Assembly (NCBI GenBank): GCA_902525635.1
Contig: CABZHV010000004.1
Location: 22,859-86,858 of the forward strand
DNA length: 64,000 nt
Source of the DNA: an uncultured SAR86 cluster bacterium
Lineage (GTDB): Bacteria > Pseudomonadota > Gammaproteobacteria > Magnimaribacterales > D2472
Direction of reading: 5' to 3'
How positions within the stretch are numbered: the stretch's first letter is position 1; the number at the start of each line of letters is the position of its first letter. The position numbers and the translations under genes were made by a program. Shown in pieces: positions 47,596 through 57,491 of the stretch. The notes under the pieces were generated by a model, which was not told the DNA's origin, ran no database searches, and saw only the letters and a program-made list of their open reading frames with translations.

Positions 47596-48200
47596 CTTAA
47601 TTTTCTCGCAAAGCTTCTAACCTTCTCCATATGTTTTTTAAAATCTTCTTTTTCCATGTTTGGTAAAATTGAATAAAATCTTAAATACTTTGTTTTTAAA
47701 CCGCCTAATTGAAACACAGATTTTTTTAGCCTTCGATATGGAATATTGTCAAAAAGAGAAAAGTTAAAGTAACTAACCATTGGTCCGCCATAAGTCATTG
47801 AAACAATCCCAATTTTACCCTTCATTGCTCCAGCCACTGGATATCCATAATTTCCAAAAAACTTACTATCAGGTAAAAGTGATTTGTAAGTGAAAAACCA
47901 TGTAGGATGAAGAACCCAATCAATCCAATTCTCTAAGATTACATTCATTCTTAAATTATGACATGCGCTCATTAAGAACATTGCATCAGAGTCCTCTAAC
48001 CTCTTTCTGTAATCTAAAACTAATTGTGGGGGAGGATTTATATCACTTCTATAAAATGGAAGTTGTTCTTTTTCTTCAAATAGATTTATTAAATCAATTT
48101 CATGTCCAACTTTTTTTGCTTCTTCAATAAACGTATCTCTAACAGCAGCATTAAATGAATCTTTCGTATTAAAGTGTCCATAAATAATACATATTTTCAT
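47592..48200 (-). CDS. flavodoxin-like fold NAD(P)H-dependent oxidoreductase
   Basis: 202 aa. N-terminus MKICIIYGHFNTKDSFN and overall length fit the NAD(P)H dehydrogenase (quinone) / FMN-reductase fold. Confidence 0.65.
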   Translation of the reverse strand: MKICIIYGHFNTKDSFNAAVRDTFIEEAKKVGHEIDLINLFEEKEQLPFYRSDINPPPQLVLDYRKRLEDSDAMFLMSACHNLRMNVILENWIDWVLHPTWFFTYKSLLPDSKFFGNYGYPVAGAMKGKIGIVSMTYGGPMVSYFNFSLFDNIPYRRLKKSVFQLGGLKTKYLRFYSILPNMEKEDFKKHMEKVRSFARKLR

Positions 48201-48314
48201 CTTGTTACCTCTTCTTAGTAAGAATAAAGTAATGTCAGTTTATCATTTCTCTTCTTAGAAAGTTAAACATGTTTGTATATTACAATCGTTACACGATTTA
48301 AAAATTGAATTTTA

Positions 48315-48815
48315 TTAGTTTAAAAACCAATCTGATTTATATCTTGATCTTGGATTATCTTTAATGTAAAAGAATCCTTCTTCAGAAAGATGAAATTCTT
48401 TGAGACAATTTAATTTTCTTCCAGCAAACTCACTCTCCGCAGCTTCTACTACCATAAAAAAAAATGTTTCATATTCTGGAAAATCTTCAGTACTAAATGC
48501 AAACTCGTCACCACTACAGTTGTAAACTTCGTCACCCAGTGCTTTGAGAAAGGCAAATATTTTATTTTCACCTTCAACTAAATCAAAGACTTGTACCTCT
48601 TGGTCGCGCATATATCTTTCAGTTTCATTCACTCTCACGAAATGCCATAGTCCATCCTGAATGTTTGAAAAAACAAATACTTTTCCTTTTCTAAATTCAG
48701 AATCGTTAAGTTGATCTAAAATTATTTGAGCATTGCCCTCTTTTTCAATATCACTCTCCATCGAACTGCAAGAAAAAAAGAAGATTAAGATAGATAGAAT
48801 GTATGTGTATTTCAT
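48315..48815 (-). CDS. hypothetical lipoprotein (paralog 1)
   Basis: 166 aa with signal peptide plus Cys (ILIFFFSC). Shares blocks KGKVFVFSN, QVFDL.EG.N, FPEYETFFF and LNCLKEFHLSE...NPR with the adjacent gene. Confidence 0.6.
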   Translation of the reverse strand: MKYTYILSILIFFFSCSSMESDIEKEGNAQIILDQLNDSEFRKGKVFVFSNIQDGLWHFVRVNETERYMRDQEVQVFDLVEGENKIFAFLKALGDEVYNCSGDEFAFSTEDFPEYETFFFMVVEAAESEFAGRKLNCLKEFHLSEEGFFYIKDNPRSRYKSDWFLN

Positions 48816-48820
48816 AATAC

Positions 48821-49306
48821 TCAGAATATTAAACTGTTAATAAAACTTTTACTTAAGTCCTGCAAAAATTCACTACCACCGTTTCTTGGATTGTTTATTT
48901 GTTTAATGAATGCCTTCTCATTTACTTCAAAATCTTTGAAGCATGACAATGTGCGAATAGTGCTATCAAACCCTTGCTGAATTACAAAATAGTAAGTTTC
49001 CACCTCAGGAAATATTTCTGTATTAAAAGTATATGGTTGCTTATCACAATTTCTCCCTAAGTTTTTGACACTATTTTGGCCATCTTTCAAATCAAAAATT
49101 TGAGTTTCTGTATGTTTTATTTTTCGCACTTCGCCATTAACTCTAATATTCATTGGAATAGGATCCATGTGGTTGGAAAAAACAAATATTTTTCCTTTTT
49201 TTAATTCAGGATCAAAAAGTTCTGGAATTACTTGTCTTTGGTCAACAACAGTAGTTGCGCATGATGATATTAAAAAAAAGGTTAAGATTAATCTAACGAT
49301 ATTCAA
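48821..49306 (-). CDS. hypothetical lipoprotein (paralog 2)
   Basis: 161 aa with signal peptide plus Cys (FFLISSC). Blocks KGKIFVFSN, QIFDLKDGQN, FPEVETYYF and LSCFKDFEVNE...NPR match the downstream paralog. Confidence 0.6.
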   Translation of the reverse strand: MNIVRLILTFFLISSCATTVVDQRQVIPELFDPELKKGKIFVFSNHMDPIPMNIRVNGEVRKIKHTETQIFDLKDGQNSVKNLGRNCDKQPYTFNTEIFPEVETYYFVIQQGFDSTIRTLSCFKDFEVNEKAFIKQINNPRNGGSEFLQDLSKSFINSLIF

Positions 49307-49416
49307 TTTAATTTCCTGTGAAAGTAATCTATAAGAAGTAACTATTATCGCAAAAAATTCTTATTAGAAAAACAATAATTTCATTAATAAAAAATATATA
49401 AAAAAAATCTATATTT

Positions 49417-50985
49417 TTATTCCCACTCAATAGTCGCAGGTGGTTTACTTGAGATATCATATACAACTCTACTTACTTCTTCTATCTCATTGACTATCCT
49501 ATTTGATACATGCTCTAAGAATTTATAAGGAAGGTGAGCCCATCTCGCCGTCATAAAGTCTACAGTTTCAACTGCCCTTAATCCAATTACTTCAGCATAT
49601 CTTCTCTCATCTCCAACAACGCCAACTGACTTAACAGGTAATAAAACAGCAAACGCTTGACTTACTTTGTCATACAAATCTGCCTTAATTAGTTCTTCAA
49701 TAAATATATGATCTGCTTCTTGAAGTATTAATGTTTTTTCTTTTGTTATCTCTCCAATTATCCTAACTCCTAAACCAGGTCCAGGAAAAGGATGCCTTTC
49801 AAGCATTTCTTTTGGAATTCCTAATTTAACACCCATTCTTCTAACCTCGTCTTTAAAGAGATCTCTCAAGGGCTCTACTAAATCAAACTCCATTTCATCA
49901 GGTAAGCCTCCGACATTATGATGAGACTTAATAACTCTTGCCTCATTTGATTCAGAGCCAGAAGACTCAATGACATCTGGATATATTGTCCCTTGTGCTA
50001 AAAACTTAATATCTTTCAATTTGATAGCCTCTGCATCAAACACATCTATAAAAGTTCTTCCGATCACTTTTCTTTTTTGCTCAGGATCTTCAATATTCTC
50101 AAGATGCCTTAAAAAAATCTCCTGACTTTCTGATTTAATTACATTTAGTTTCATATTATCTTTAAAAGTTTGCATTACCTGATCGCTCTCGCCTTTTCTT
50201 AATAATCCATTATCAACAAAAACACATGTCAAATTGTTTCCAATAGCTTTATAGAGAAGCACAGCTGTGACAGATGAGTCTACACCTCCAGACAATCCTA
50301 AAAGTACTTTATCTTCTTTAACCTTTTGTTTAATCTCTTCAATTCTTGAGGATATCAAGTCATCCATTTTCCAATGTGGTTTTGCATTACACGATTTAAA
50401 AATAAAATTTTCTAAGATTGATTGGCCATCCTCCGTGTGCGTTACCTCAGGATGAAATTGAATTGCAAAAATTGGTAATTTTTTATGTTGCATAGCAGCA
50501 ATAGGAGCAGATGAAGTTGAAGCAATAAGGTCATATTCATCTGGTAAATCTTGTACCTGATCACCATGACTCATCCATACATTAATCTTATTATCTAAGC
50601 CCTTAAAGAGAATAGACTCAGTTAAAATTTCTAATTCAGAATGACCGAACTCTTTTTGGTCTGAAGATATAACATGCCCTCCCATTTGTTCTGCTAAAGT
50701 CTGCATCCCATAACAAATCCCCAGTATAGGAACATTTAAATCAAATACTATTTGTGGCGCTCTTGGTGTATAACTTTTTGTAACTGAGTTAGGTCCTCCA
50801 GAGAGTATAATTCCCTTTGGATTCAGCTTTTTTATTTTATCTTCATCAATATCCCATGGAAGGATTTCAGAGTAAACATCACTTTCTCTAACTCTTCTTG
50901 CAATTAATTGAGTATATTGAGATCCAAAATCTAGAACTAATATTGTGTCAATTATTTTATTGTTTACAGATAATTTGCTCATCAA
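49417..50985 (-). CDS. guaA: GMP synthase (glutamine-hydrolysing)
   Basis: 522 aa. GATase ILGICYGMQ, the PP-loop [10 protein letters not shown], and the C-terminal KPPATIEWE. Confidence 0.97.
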   Translation of the reverse strand: MMSKLSVNNKIIDTILVLDFGSQYTQLIARRVRESDVYSEILPWDIDEDKIKKLNPKGIILSGGPNSVTKSYTPRAPQIVFDLNVPILGICYGMQTLAEQMGGHVISSDQKEFGHSELEILTESILFKGLDNKINVWMSHGDQVQDLPDEYDLIASTSSAPIAAMQHKKLPIFAIQFHPEVTHTEDGQSILENFIFKSCNAKPHWKMDDLISSRIEEIKQKVKEDKVLLGLSGGVDSSVTAVLLYKAIGNNLTCVFVDNGLLRKGESDQVMQTFKDNMKLNVIKSESQEIFLRHLENIEDPEQKRKVIGRTFIDVFDAEAIKLKDIKFLAQGTIYPDVIESSGSESNEARVIKSHHNVGGLPDEMEFDLVEPLRDLFKDEVRRMGVKLGIPKEMLERHPFPGPGLGVRIIGEITKEKTLILQEADHIFIEELIKADLYDKVSQAFAVLLPVKSVGVVGDERRYAEVIGLRAVETVDFMTARWAHLPYKFLEHVSNRIVNEIEEVSRVVYDISSKPPATIEWE

Positions 50986-50988
50986 TTA

Positions 50989-52452
50989 CTAGCTTCTTTG
51001 ATAATTAGGAGCCTCTTTTGTAATCATCACGTCATGAACATGACTTTCAGCCATACCAGCGTTGGTAATTTCAATAAATTGACTATCTAATTGCATATTC
51101 TTAATAGTCTTACATCCTACATAACCCATGCTTTGCCTTAAGCCACCCTCAAGTTGATTTATAACGCTAATTACCAATCCTTTGTAGGGAACTCTTCCTT
51201 CAATGCCCTCTGGCACTAATTTATCAGATTGTATGTCTTCTTGAAGATACCTATTTGCATCATTTCTTTCAGTCATTGCTCCTATTGATCCCATTCCTCT
51301 GTAAGTTTTAAAGCTTCTTCCTTGAAATAGCTCAACTTTACCTGGTGCCTCCTCAGTTCCTGCAAATAAGCTACCAAGCATTACTGAATCTGCTCCTGCT
51401 GCTATTGCTTTTGCTATGTCGCCTGAAAATCTTATTCCACCATCAGCGATAATATTTACATTACCTTGTTTTAGTGCTTCTTTAATTTCCATAATCGCAG
51501 TTATTTGAGGCACTCCAATTCCTGCAATTATTCTTGTTGTACATATAGACCCAGGCCCCATCCCAATCTTTACAGCATCAACACCAGCTCTTTCTAATTC
51601 TAATGCAGCATCAGCTGTAGCTATGTTTCCACCTATAATTTCGACATCTTTAAAAGTACTTTTAAGAGATTTTATTGTATCAAGTACATTTTTAGAGTGG
51701 CCATGAGCACTATCAACCACAAAAATATCTACACCAGCTTCAAAGAGAGCTTCAGCTCTCTCTAATGTATTTTTTTCTGTTCCAAGAGCTGCTGCAACTC
51801 TTAGTCTTCCAGAATTATCCTTTGTTGCATCTGGATGTTGAGCAGATTTTTCAATATCTTTCATTGTTACAAGACCAGATAAGGCTTGATTTTCGTCAAG
51901 AACTAAAACTTTTTCAATTCTATTTTTATACATTAGCTGCATCACATCTTCTTGAGAAAATCCTTCATTAACAGTAACTAACTTCTCAAATGGAGTCATA
52001 ATTGAAGAAACATCTGCATCCATATTTTCTGCATATCTAAAATCTCTCCCTGTAACAATTCCTTTTAATTTTCCATCATCTACAACTGGCATTCCTGAGA
52101 TACTCAATTTACTTGTAAGATTTTTTAATTCTTCGATTGAGTTTTTTGAACTTATTGTTACTGGGTCTCTAACAATACCGCTCTCATATTTTTTAACTGC
52201 TTTAACTTCACTAGCTTGAACTTCTATTGAGTTATTTTTATGAATTACTCCTATACCCCCTGCCTCAGCAAGAGAAATTGCCATTTTAGACTCTGTAACG
52301 GTATCCATTGCTGCTGAAAGCAATGGCATTTTTAACGTAATGTTGTTGGTTAGCTTAGAAGATATATCTACTTCACTTGGAAGGAAATCACTGTATCTTG
52401 GAAGTAGTAAGACGTCATCAAATGTTAACGCTTTGTGTTTTAATTTTTCCAT
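50989..52452 (-). CDS. guaB: IMP dehydrogenase
   Basis: 487 aa. [11 protein letters not shown], a CBS pair, the [11 protein letters not shown]-type loop ([11 protein letters not shown]) and GGIRFSGD. Confidence 0.97.
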   Translation of the reverse strand: MEKLKHKALTFDDVLLLPRYSDFLPSEVDISSKLTNNITLKMPLLSAAMDTVTESKMAISLAEAGGIGVIHKNNSIEVQASEVKAVKKYESGIVRDPVTISSKNSIEELKNLTSKLSISGMPVVDDGKLKGIVTGRDFRYAENMDADVSSIMTPFEKLVTVNEGFSQEDVMQLMYKNRIEKVLVLDENQALSGLVTMKDIEKSAQHPDATKDNSGRLRVAAALGTEKNTLERAEALFEAGVDIFVVDSAHGHSKNVLDTIKSLKSTFKDVEIIGGNIATADAALELERAGVDAVKIGMGPGSICTTRIIAGIGVPQITAIMEIKEALKQGNVNIIADGGIRFSGDIAKAIAAGADSVMLGSLFAGTEEAPGKVELFQGRSFKTYRGMGSIGAMTERNDANRYLQEDIQSDKLVPEGIEGRVPYKGLVISVINQLEGGLRQSMGYVGCKTIKNMQLDSQFIEITNAGMAESHVHDVMITKEAPNYQRS

Positions 52453-52500
52453 GTGAGATTATAACCAAAGAAATTGAGAAAAAAAAGGTAGGATATTAAT

Positions 52501-53061
52501 CTAAATATCTTTTATTTTTGAAATTAGATCTTTAAGTTCAGGTTTATTCATCTCCATTTCTTCAATAGTAAGTCCGTCGATCTCATGAGGAAATACTAAC
52601 CATTTATCAGTTTCATGTAGATAAAAGTCAGGCCTTTTATCTGTTTGATTTTTGCTTGGTTTGAAGTATGGAGTAGCTATCTTAATTTCAGGAGTATTCT
52701 TCTTACATGCATTTTTCAAATCAGTTGTTATCTGTTGAATAGAATGTCCAGTATCATGAACGTCATCAACAATGAGAAGTCTATCCTCAGACTCAAGCTG
52801 TCTTATAACGTAATTTAATCCGTAGACCTGAACTGTTTCTCCTTTCTGATCAATACCAGAATAATAGGAAGTTCTTATTGCAACATGATCTGATTTTATT
52901 CCTAAGAAACTTAAAAATTCTTGAACGGCAATACCAACAGGTGCTCCGCCCCTCCAGACACCTATTATATAGTTAGGCTTATAACCACTCTCATAGATAT
53001 TCCAAGCCAATTGGAATGAATCTTTCAAAAGATCATCAGACTTTATGAATAATTTATCCAT
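52501..53061 (-). CDS. purine phosphoribosyltransferase, Gpt-like (xanthine/guanine/hypoxanthine)
   Basis: 186 aa. VWRGGAPVG, the PRPP motif LLIVDDVHDTGHS, and a W..FPHE C-terminal pattern parallel E. coli Gpt as recalled. Confidence 0.7.
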   Translation of the reverse strand: MDKLFIKSDDLLKDSFQLAWNIYESGYKPNYIIGVWRGGAPVGIAVQEFLSFLGIKSDHVAIRTSYYSGIDQKGETVQVYGLNYVIRQLESEDRLLIVDDVHDTGHSIQQITTDLKNACKKNTPEIKIATPYFKPSKNQTDKRPDFYLHETDKWLVFPHEIDGLTIEEMEMNKPELKDLISKIKDI

Positions 53062-53069
53062 TTTTAAAA

Positions 53070-53104
53070 ATAAAGTTATTTTAAGTAAAGAATTATAACT
53101 TTAT
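53070..53104 (-). terminator. candidate weak intrinsic terminator or attenuator after the TonB-dependent receptor gene
   Basis: Perfect 10-bp inverted repeat ATAAAGTTAT-N15-ATAACTTTAT. On the - strand it is followed by TTTT. The stem is almost all A:T and the loop is large, so stability is doubtful. Confidence 0.25.
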
Positions 53105-53113
53105 AAATCAAAA

Positions 53114-55441
53114 TCAGAAGTCATAACTTAATCTTGTCATGAACTGTCTTGGAGGAATAAATTCTAATCCGGTAGCGGCAACGCCAAAAACATCTGTCAT
53201 TGATGAGTTCATGCCGGCTTCATCAGCTGCGTTTAGAAGCATAAAGTCAATCCCAAGATTATTATTGAAATCTAAGCCCACAGTAATATTAAACACAGAG
53301 TAACCTGGAACAACATCTACCACAGGATTATTGGAAACACGCTGCATGAATTCAGATCTTTTTATGTATTGTAATATTGTTGTAAAGGAGTTTCCTGAAG
53401 CTAAAACTGTTTCATAGGTCATGGTTAGATCTGCAGTAAAATCTGGAGTTTTGGCAAGCTCGTTTCCTTTAACATTTTCTCTTAAGGCATATCTAAGATC
53501 TTCTTCACCAAAAAAATACCCGAACGCAAGAACATTATCAAGAACCTCGTAATCTGCTGAGACCTCAGAATCTATAGATGCTAAATTCATATCAAAAGTT
53601 ACATTATCTGAAATGAGAGCAGTGAACTCTATCTCAACTCCAGACATCTCTGATTCAGGTATATTTGCTACACCACCTCTATACACGTCGGGATCAGAGG
53701 CCTGAAATTGAAGATTTTCATAATCATATGAGAATACAGCAATATTAGCTCTTGCTTTTCCATCATTGAAATCAGTTTTTAAGCCAAATTCCATTGAATC
53801 AATTGTTTCAGGTTCAAACTTTTGAAAAACCATCGGCGGAGCATTATCATCGAAATATCCATATGTTAAATTTGTTCCACCAGGTTTGTATCCTGAAGTA
53901 AAAGAGGCATAAACCATAGTTTGATCTGCTACATCAAATTCACCTGTAATACGACCTGTTACTTTGTCTCCACCGCCTTCTGCAACAAAATTATCATAAA
54001 AGAAATTTGTTACATTAGTATCAAATGTATCATCAGAATACCTTAGACCTGAAATCAATCTAAAAGTATCACTAAAACTATAAGTAGTTTGTATGTATGC
54101 AGATTTTGATTTTCTCGATGGAAATGCATCTGTTACGAAATCAAATTCATAATCATAAACAGCAAACCTAGCAGGAATACTATTATCATGTTCGTAACAA
54201 TAGTTAGGATCTGCAAATGCTTCACCACATACATATCTTATTACTCCATTTTGATCATTATCAACATAACCTCTAATAAGATTTTCAATTTCATGCTCCA
54301 TAAAAAAAACACCAACAGTCCAATCTAGTTTTCCACCAAGAGCTGGTTCGTTTGAAACCAGATTGATTTCAAAAGTTGTAGTTTCAACAAATGATGTTTC
54401 AGGTCGAAATTCTGCCATTGGATAATATGGGGGAGTATATATGTATGGTAATTGAGGTATTGATTGAACAATTTGATCTTGGTAATTATGCCTATCATTG
54501 TCTCTATCTACTAGAACATCATCCTCTTGCGTACTAGCTAATATTTTTAAGTTAGCGTATCCAAGATCAGACTCATAAATTGCTGCGAACACCTTCGAAG
54601 TTATTTGTTGTTTTGATAGGGTATCTTGTGATAATTTTCTTTCGTTAGTTGAAGTGAAATCATCAATACCTTTCATTGCTGCACCATTTCTATCAACATC
54701 AAAAAATTGTCCAAAAACTCTCAATGATGATGATTCAGATAAATTAAAGACCCAATCACTCCTAATGCTAATATTTGAAGCATCATCTAAATCTTGCCCA
54801 TTTACTAAATTTTCGGTAAAACCATCTCTTTCAATAGTAGAAATTGAAAATTTTGTTGCTACAGTATCTGAAATAGGAAAATTAGTCGTTGTGCTTGCTT
54901 TTTTAAGGCTATAGTCACCAATAGTTAATGAGGCTTTCGTATAAAATTCAGAAGTAGATGGCATTTTACTTATTACATTGATGGCACCACCTGTAGCATT
55001 TTGACCAAAAAGAGTGCCTTGAGGGCCTCTAGCTACCTCAATACGCTCAACATCTACAAAATCGGACTGTAATGAAAAATTAGAAGCAATAAAAATTCCA
55101 TCGAGGTGATATGCCACTGATGGGGCTGCAATTGCATTTTGATTGGTCTCATTACCAACACCTCTTATTGAAATTACTGTTTTATAGCCCTCATTTTTAG
55201 CAACTGTTACGCCAGGCACAATAGCTGTTAAATCTACAAACGATGTTATGTTTTTGTCTTCCAGTTCTGTTTCAGTAATGGCTGTAATAGCTTGAGAGAC
55301 TGTTTGAAGGCTTTCATCTCTTTTTTCAGCTGTAACGATTATGTCTTCAATTGCTTGTTCTTGAGCATTAATGTTTAAGTTAAATAAAAAACCTATAGTT
55401 AAAAGTTGTAGAGTAAGTATGTTTATTTTTTGTAATTTCAT
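53114..55441 (-). CDS. TonB-dependent outer-membrane receptor
   Basis: Signal peptide MKLQKINILTLQLL...NINAQE, plug start IEDIIVTAEKRDESLQ, and a long beta-barrel ending in the terminal aromatic ...RLSYDF. ATG at 55441 (GGGGA Shine-Dalgarno upstream) preferred over the TTG at 55459. Confidence 0.9.
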   Translation of the reverse strand: MKLQKINILTLQLLTIGFLFNLNINAQEQAIEDIIVTAEKRDESLQTVSQAITAITETELEDKNITSFVDLTAIVPGVTVAKNEGYKTVISIRGVGNETNQNAIAAPSVAYHLDGIFIASNFSLQSDFVDVERIEVARGPQGTLFGQNATGGAINVISKMPSTSEFYTKASLTIGDYSLKKASTTTNFPISDTVATKFSISTIERDGFTENLVNGQDLDDASNISIRSDWVFNLSESSSLRVFGQFFDVDRNGAAMKGIDDFTSTNERKLSQDTLSKQQITSKVFAAIYESDLGYANLKILASTQEDDVLVDRDNDRHNYQDQIVQSIPQLPYIYTPPYYPMAEFRPETSFVETTTFEINLVSNEPALGGKLDWTVGVFFMEHEIENLIRGYVDNDQNGVIRYVCGEAFADPNYCYEHDNSIPARFAVYDYEFDFVTDAFPSRKSKSAYIQTTYSFSDTFRLISGLRYSDDTFDTNVTNFFYDNFVAEGGGDKVTGRITGEFDVADQTMVYASFTSGYKPGGTNLTYGYFDDNAPPMVFQKFEPETIDSMEFGLKTDFNDGKARANIAVFSYDYENLQFQASDPDVYRGGVANIPESEMSGVEIEFTALISDNVTFDMNLASIDSEVSADYEVLDNVLAFGYFFGEEDLRYALRENVKGNELAKTPDFTADLTMTYETVLASGNSFTTILQYIKRSEFMQRVSNNPVVDVVPGYSVFNITVGLDFNNNLGIDFMLLNAADEAGMNSSMTDVFGVAATGLEFIPPRQFMTRLSYDF

Positions 55442-55604
55442 GTTTAGATCCCCATCCAAAAAAATATCTTATTAATATATATTTATGCAATATGCATGCC
55501 GAATAATAAATTTTAATTATATATGTTTTTATAAATCAAATAACAAATTATTAATAAAAAAACTTTATACTTTTAAAACGCTAATAGTCTGATACATTAT
55601 TCTT

Positions 55605-56903
55605 ATGAAACAAATTTTAGATCATTTCTTCAAGCTAACAGAAAATAAAACTTCTATAAAAAAAGAGTTTATTGCAGGTTTTACAACATTTATAACTATG
55701 GCGTATATTATTTTTGTTAATCCGCAAATAATGGCTCAAAGTGGAATGGATCAAGGTGCAATATTTGTTGGAACTTGTGTTGCTGCTTCAGTTGCATGCA
55801 TATTTATGGGCCTATATGCAAATTGGCCCATTGGGCTTGCACCAGGAATGGGCTTGAATGCTTTTTTTACCTATACAGTTGTTGGTGAAATGGGTTATTC
55901 ATGGGAAACAGCTTTAGGTGCAGTTTTTTTGGCAGGAATTCTTTTTTTTATAATTAGCGTTACTAATCTTCGAAGATGGATGATTGACAGTATTCCTATG
56001 AATCTTCGAGTTGCTATTGGTTCCGGTGTTGGACTATTTATTGGTTTTATTGGACTAAAAAGTGGAGGAATTATTATAAGTAATGATGTCACTTACTTAA
56101 GCTTAGGTGACTTTTCAAAATATCAAACAATATTGGCAGCATTAGGTTTTTTGATCATCTCGGTATTGGCAGTTAGAAAAATTAATGGTGCTATTATTAT
56201 GGGAGTTTTAATAGTTACTCTTATAGCCCTTTTAATTGGATTGGAAGAATATAATGGTCTATTAGCTTACCCTCCAAATATTTATCCAACCTTTATGAAA
56301 CTAGACATTTTAGGTGCTCTAGATGTTGCAATGATAAGTGTGATCATGTCTTTTTTGTTTGTTAATCTGTTTGATACAACTGGAACTCTTCTTGGTGTTG
56401 CTACAAGAGCAAATTTAATTGACGAAAGTGGAAATGCAAAAAATTTAAATAAAGCCTTAGCCGTTGATAGTAGTTCTAGTATTTTTGGTACTTTTTTTGG
56501 ATGTTCACCTGTTACAAGTTATATAGAAAGTTCAGCTGGAGTTGAGTCTGGGGGAAAGACAGGCATGGTTTCTGTGGTTGTTGGATTATTTTTTATTTTA
56601 GCAATTTTCTTATCACCACTTGCTGCTATGGTACCTCCATATGCAACTTCAGGTGCGCTTATATATGTAGCAGTTTTGATGTTAAGCAGTATGGAAAAAT
56701 TAAATTGGAAAAGCTCTATAGATATACTTCCTGCATTAATTATCATCGTGATGATTCCGTTCACATTTTCAATAGCTGATGGGATAGCACTAGGTTTTTT
56801 GACATATGTAGTACTGAAAGTGGCTACAGGAGATATTAGAGATATTTCATCTGGTGCTTGGTTTCTAACTTTTATATTTTTATCTAAATTTATTCTTTTA
56901 TAA
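55605..56903 (+). CDS. NCS2/AzgA-family purine permease (adenine/guanine/hypoxanthine)
   Basis: 432 aa, about 12 TM. N-terminus FFKLTENKTSIKKEFIAGFTTFITMAYIIFVNPQIM is typical of AdeP/GhxP/PurP-type permeases. Confidence 0.85.
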   Translation: MKQILDHFFKLTENKTSIKKEFIAGFTTFITMAYIIFVNPQIMAQSGMDQGAIFVGTCVAASVACIFMGLYANWPIGLAPGMGLNAFFTYTVVGEMGYSWETALGAVFLAGILFFIISVTNLRRWMIDSIPMNLRVAIGSGVGLFIGFIGLKSGGIIISNDVTYLSLGDFSKYQTILAALGFLIISVLAVRKINGAIIMGVLIVTLIALLIGLEEYNGLLAYPPNIYPTFMKLDILGALDVAMISVIMSFLFVNLFDTTGTLLGVATRANLIDESGNAKNLNKALAVDSSSSIFGTFFGCSPVTSYIESSAGVESGGKTGMVSVVVGLFFILAIFLSPLAAMVPPYATSGALIYVAVLMLSSMEKLNWKSSIDILPALIIIVMIPFTFSIADGIALGFLTYVVLKVATGDIRDISSGAWFLTFIFLSKFILL

Positions 56904-57125
56904 AATAAGACCAAGGATGTAGATTATTGTTAACCCTGCATTGAGAACAATTAGAGTTTGCTCCTTCCACAATACTCCAACAATAACCCAAAGTGTATTT
57001 GCAGAAATGAATGCCCAATGATGATACTCCAGCTCGGGAACAAAGCTAGCTAAGATAGCCGCTATTATTAAAATTCCAGTTGCAATCCAGGCAATAAATT
57101 GAAATGGTTTTTCGTTTTGCTCCAT
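56898..57125 (-). CDS. small 3-TM membrane protein (75 aa), function unknown
   Basis: Start moved to the ATG at 57125 (MEQNEKPF) to avoid a 50-nt overlap with phhB. Three hydrophobic segments. Its 3' end overlaps the permease 3' end by 6 nt. Confidence 0.45.
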   Translation of the reverse strand: MEQNEKPFQFIAWIATGILIIAAILASFVPELEYHHWAFISANTLWVIVGVLWKEQTLIVLNAGLTIIYILGLIL

Positions 57126-57141
57126 AAAAAAAGATAATCTA

Positions 57142-57489
57142 TTATTGTGAGTTAAACAATTTGTCTGTCTTTGCAGCGCAGACAAAATCATTCATGTGAA
57201 GTCCTTTTATCTTATGCGACCACCAAAACACAGTTACTTTGCCCCACTCTAGAATAATTTCAGGATGATGATCCTGATCCTCTGCTAACTGTGCAATCTT
57301 ATTAGTAAATTCAACTGATTGCTCATAGTCAATGAAAGCGAATGAACACATTAACCTTTTGATTCCCTCATCATCAATAATTGACCAACTCGAAATGTTT
57401 GGTAAAAGTTCTTCGATTTCCGATTCAGATAAAAGTGGTGCATCAATTCTGCATGCCTCACACTTACCTTCAGATAAATTTTTATTCAT
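57142..57489 (-). CDS. phhB: 4a-hydroxytetrahydrobiopterin (pterin-4a-carbinolamine) dehydratase
   Basis: 115 aa with F..Y..S..F.N.IA.LAE...HHPEI pattern (AEDQDHHPEIILEWGKV). Confidence 0.85.
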   Translation of the reverse strand: MNKNLSEGKCEACRIDAPLLSESEIEELLPNISSWSIIDDEGIKRLMCSFAFIDYEQSVEFTNKIAQLAEDQDHHPEIILEWGKVTVFWWSHKIKGLHMNDFVCAAKTDKLFNSQ

Positions 57490-57491
57490 AA

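Noticed and set aside
55442-55604. Possible purine riboswitch, PurR box or Fur box in the 163-bp region between the TonB-dependent receptor and the purine permease. It includes the small palindrome ATGCA-ATA-TGCAT at 55485-55497.
   Set aside because: I could not find the conserved purine-riboswitch core, and there is no three-way junction with adequate G/C pairing. The palindrome lacks the central CG of PurR operators. Fur-box-like AT-rich matches cannot be told from background in about 20% GC spacer.
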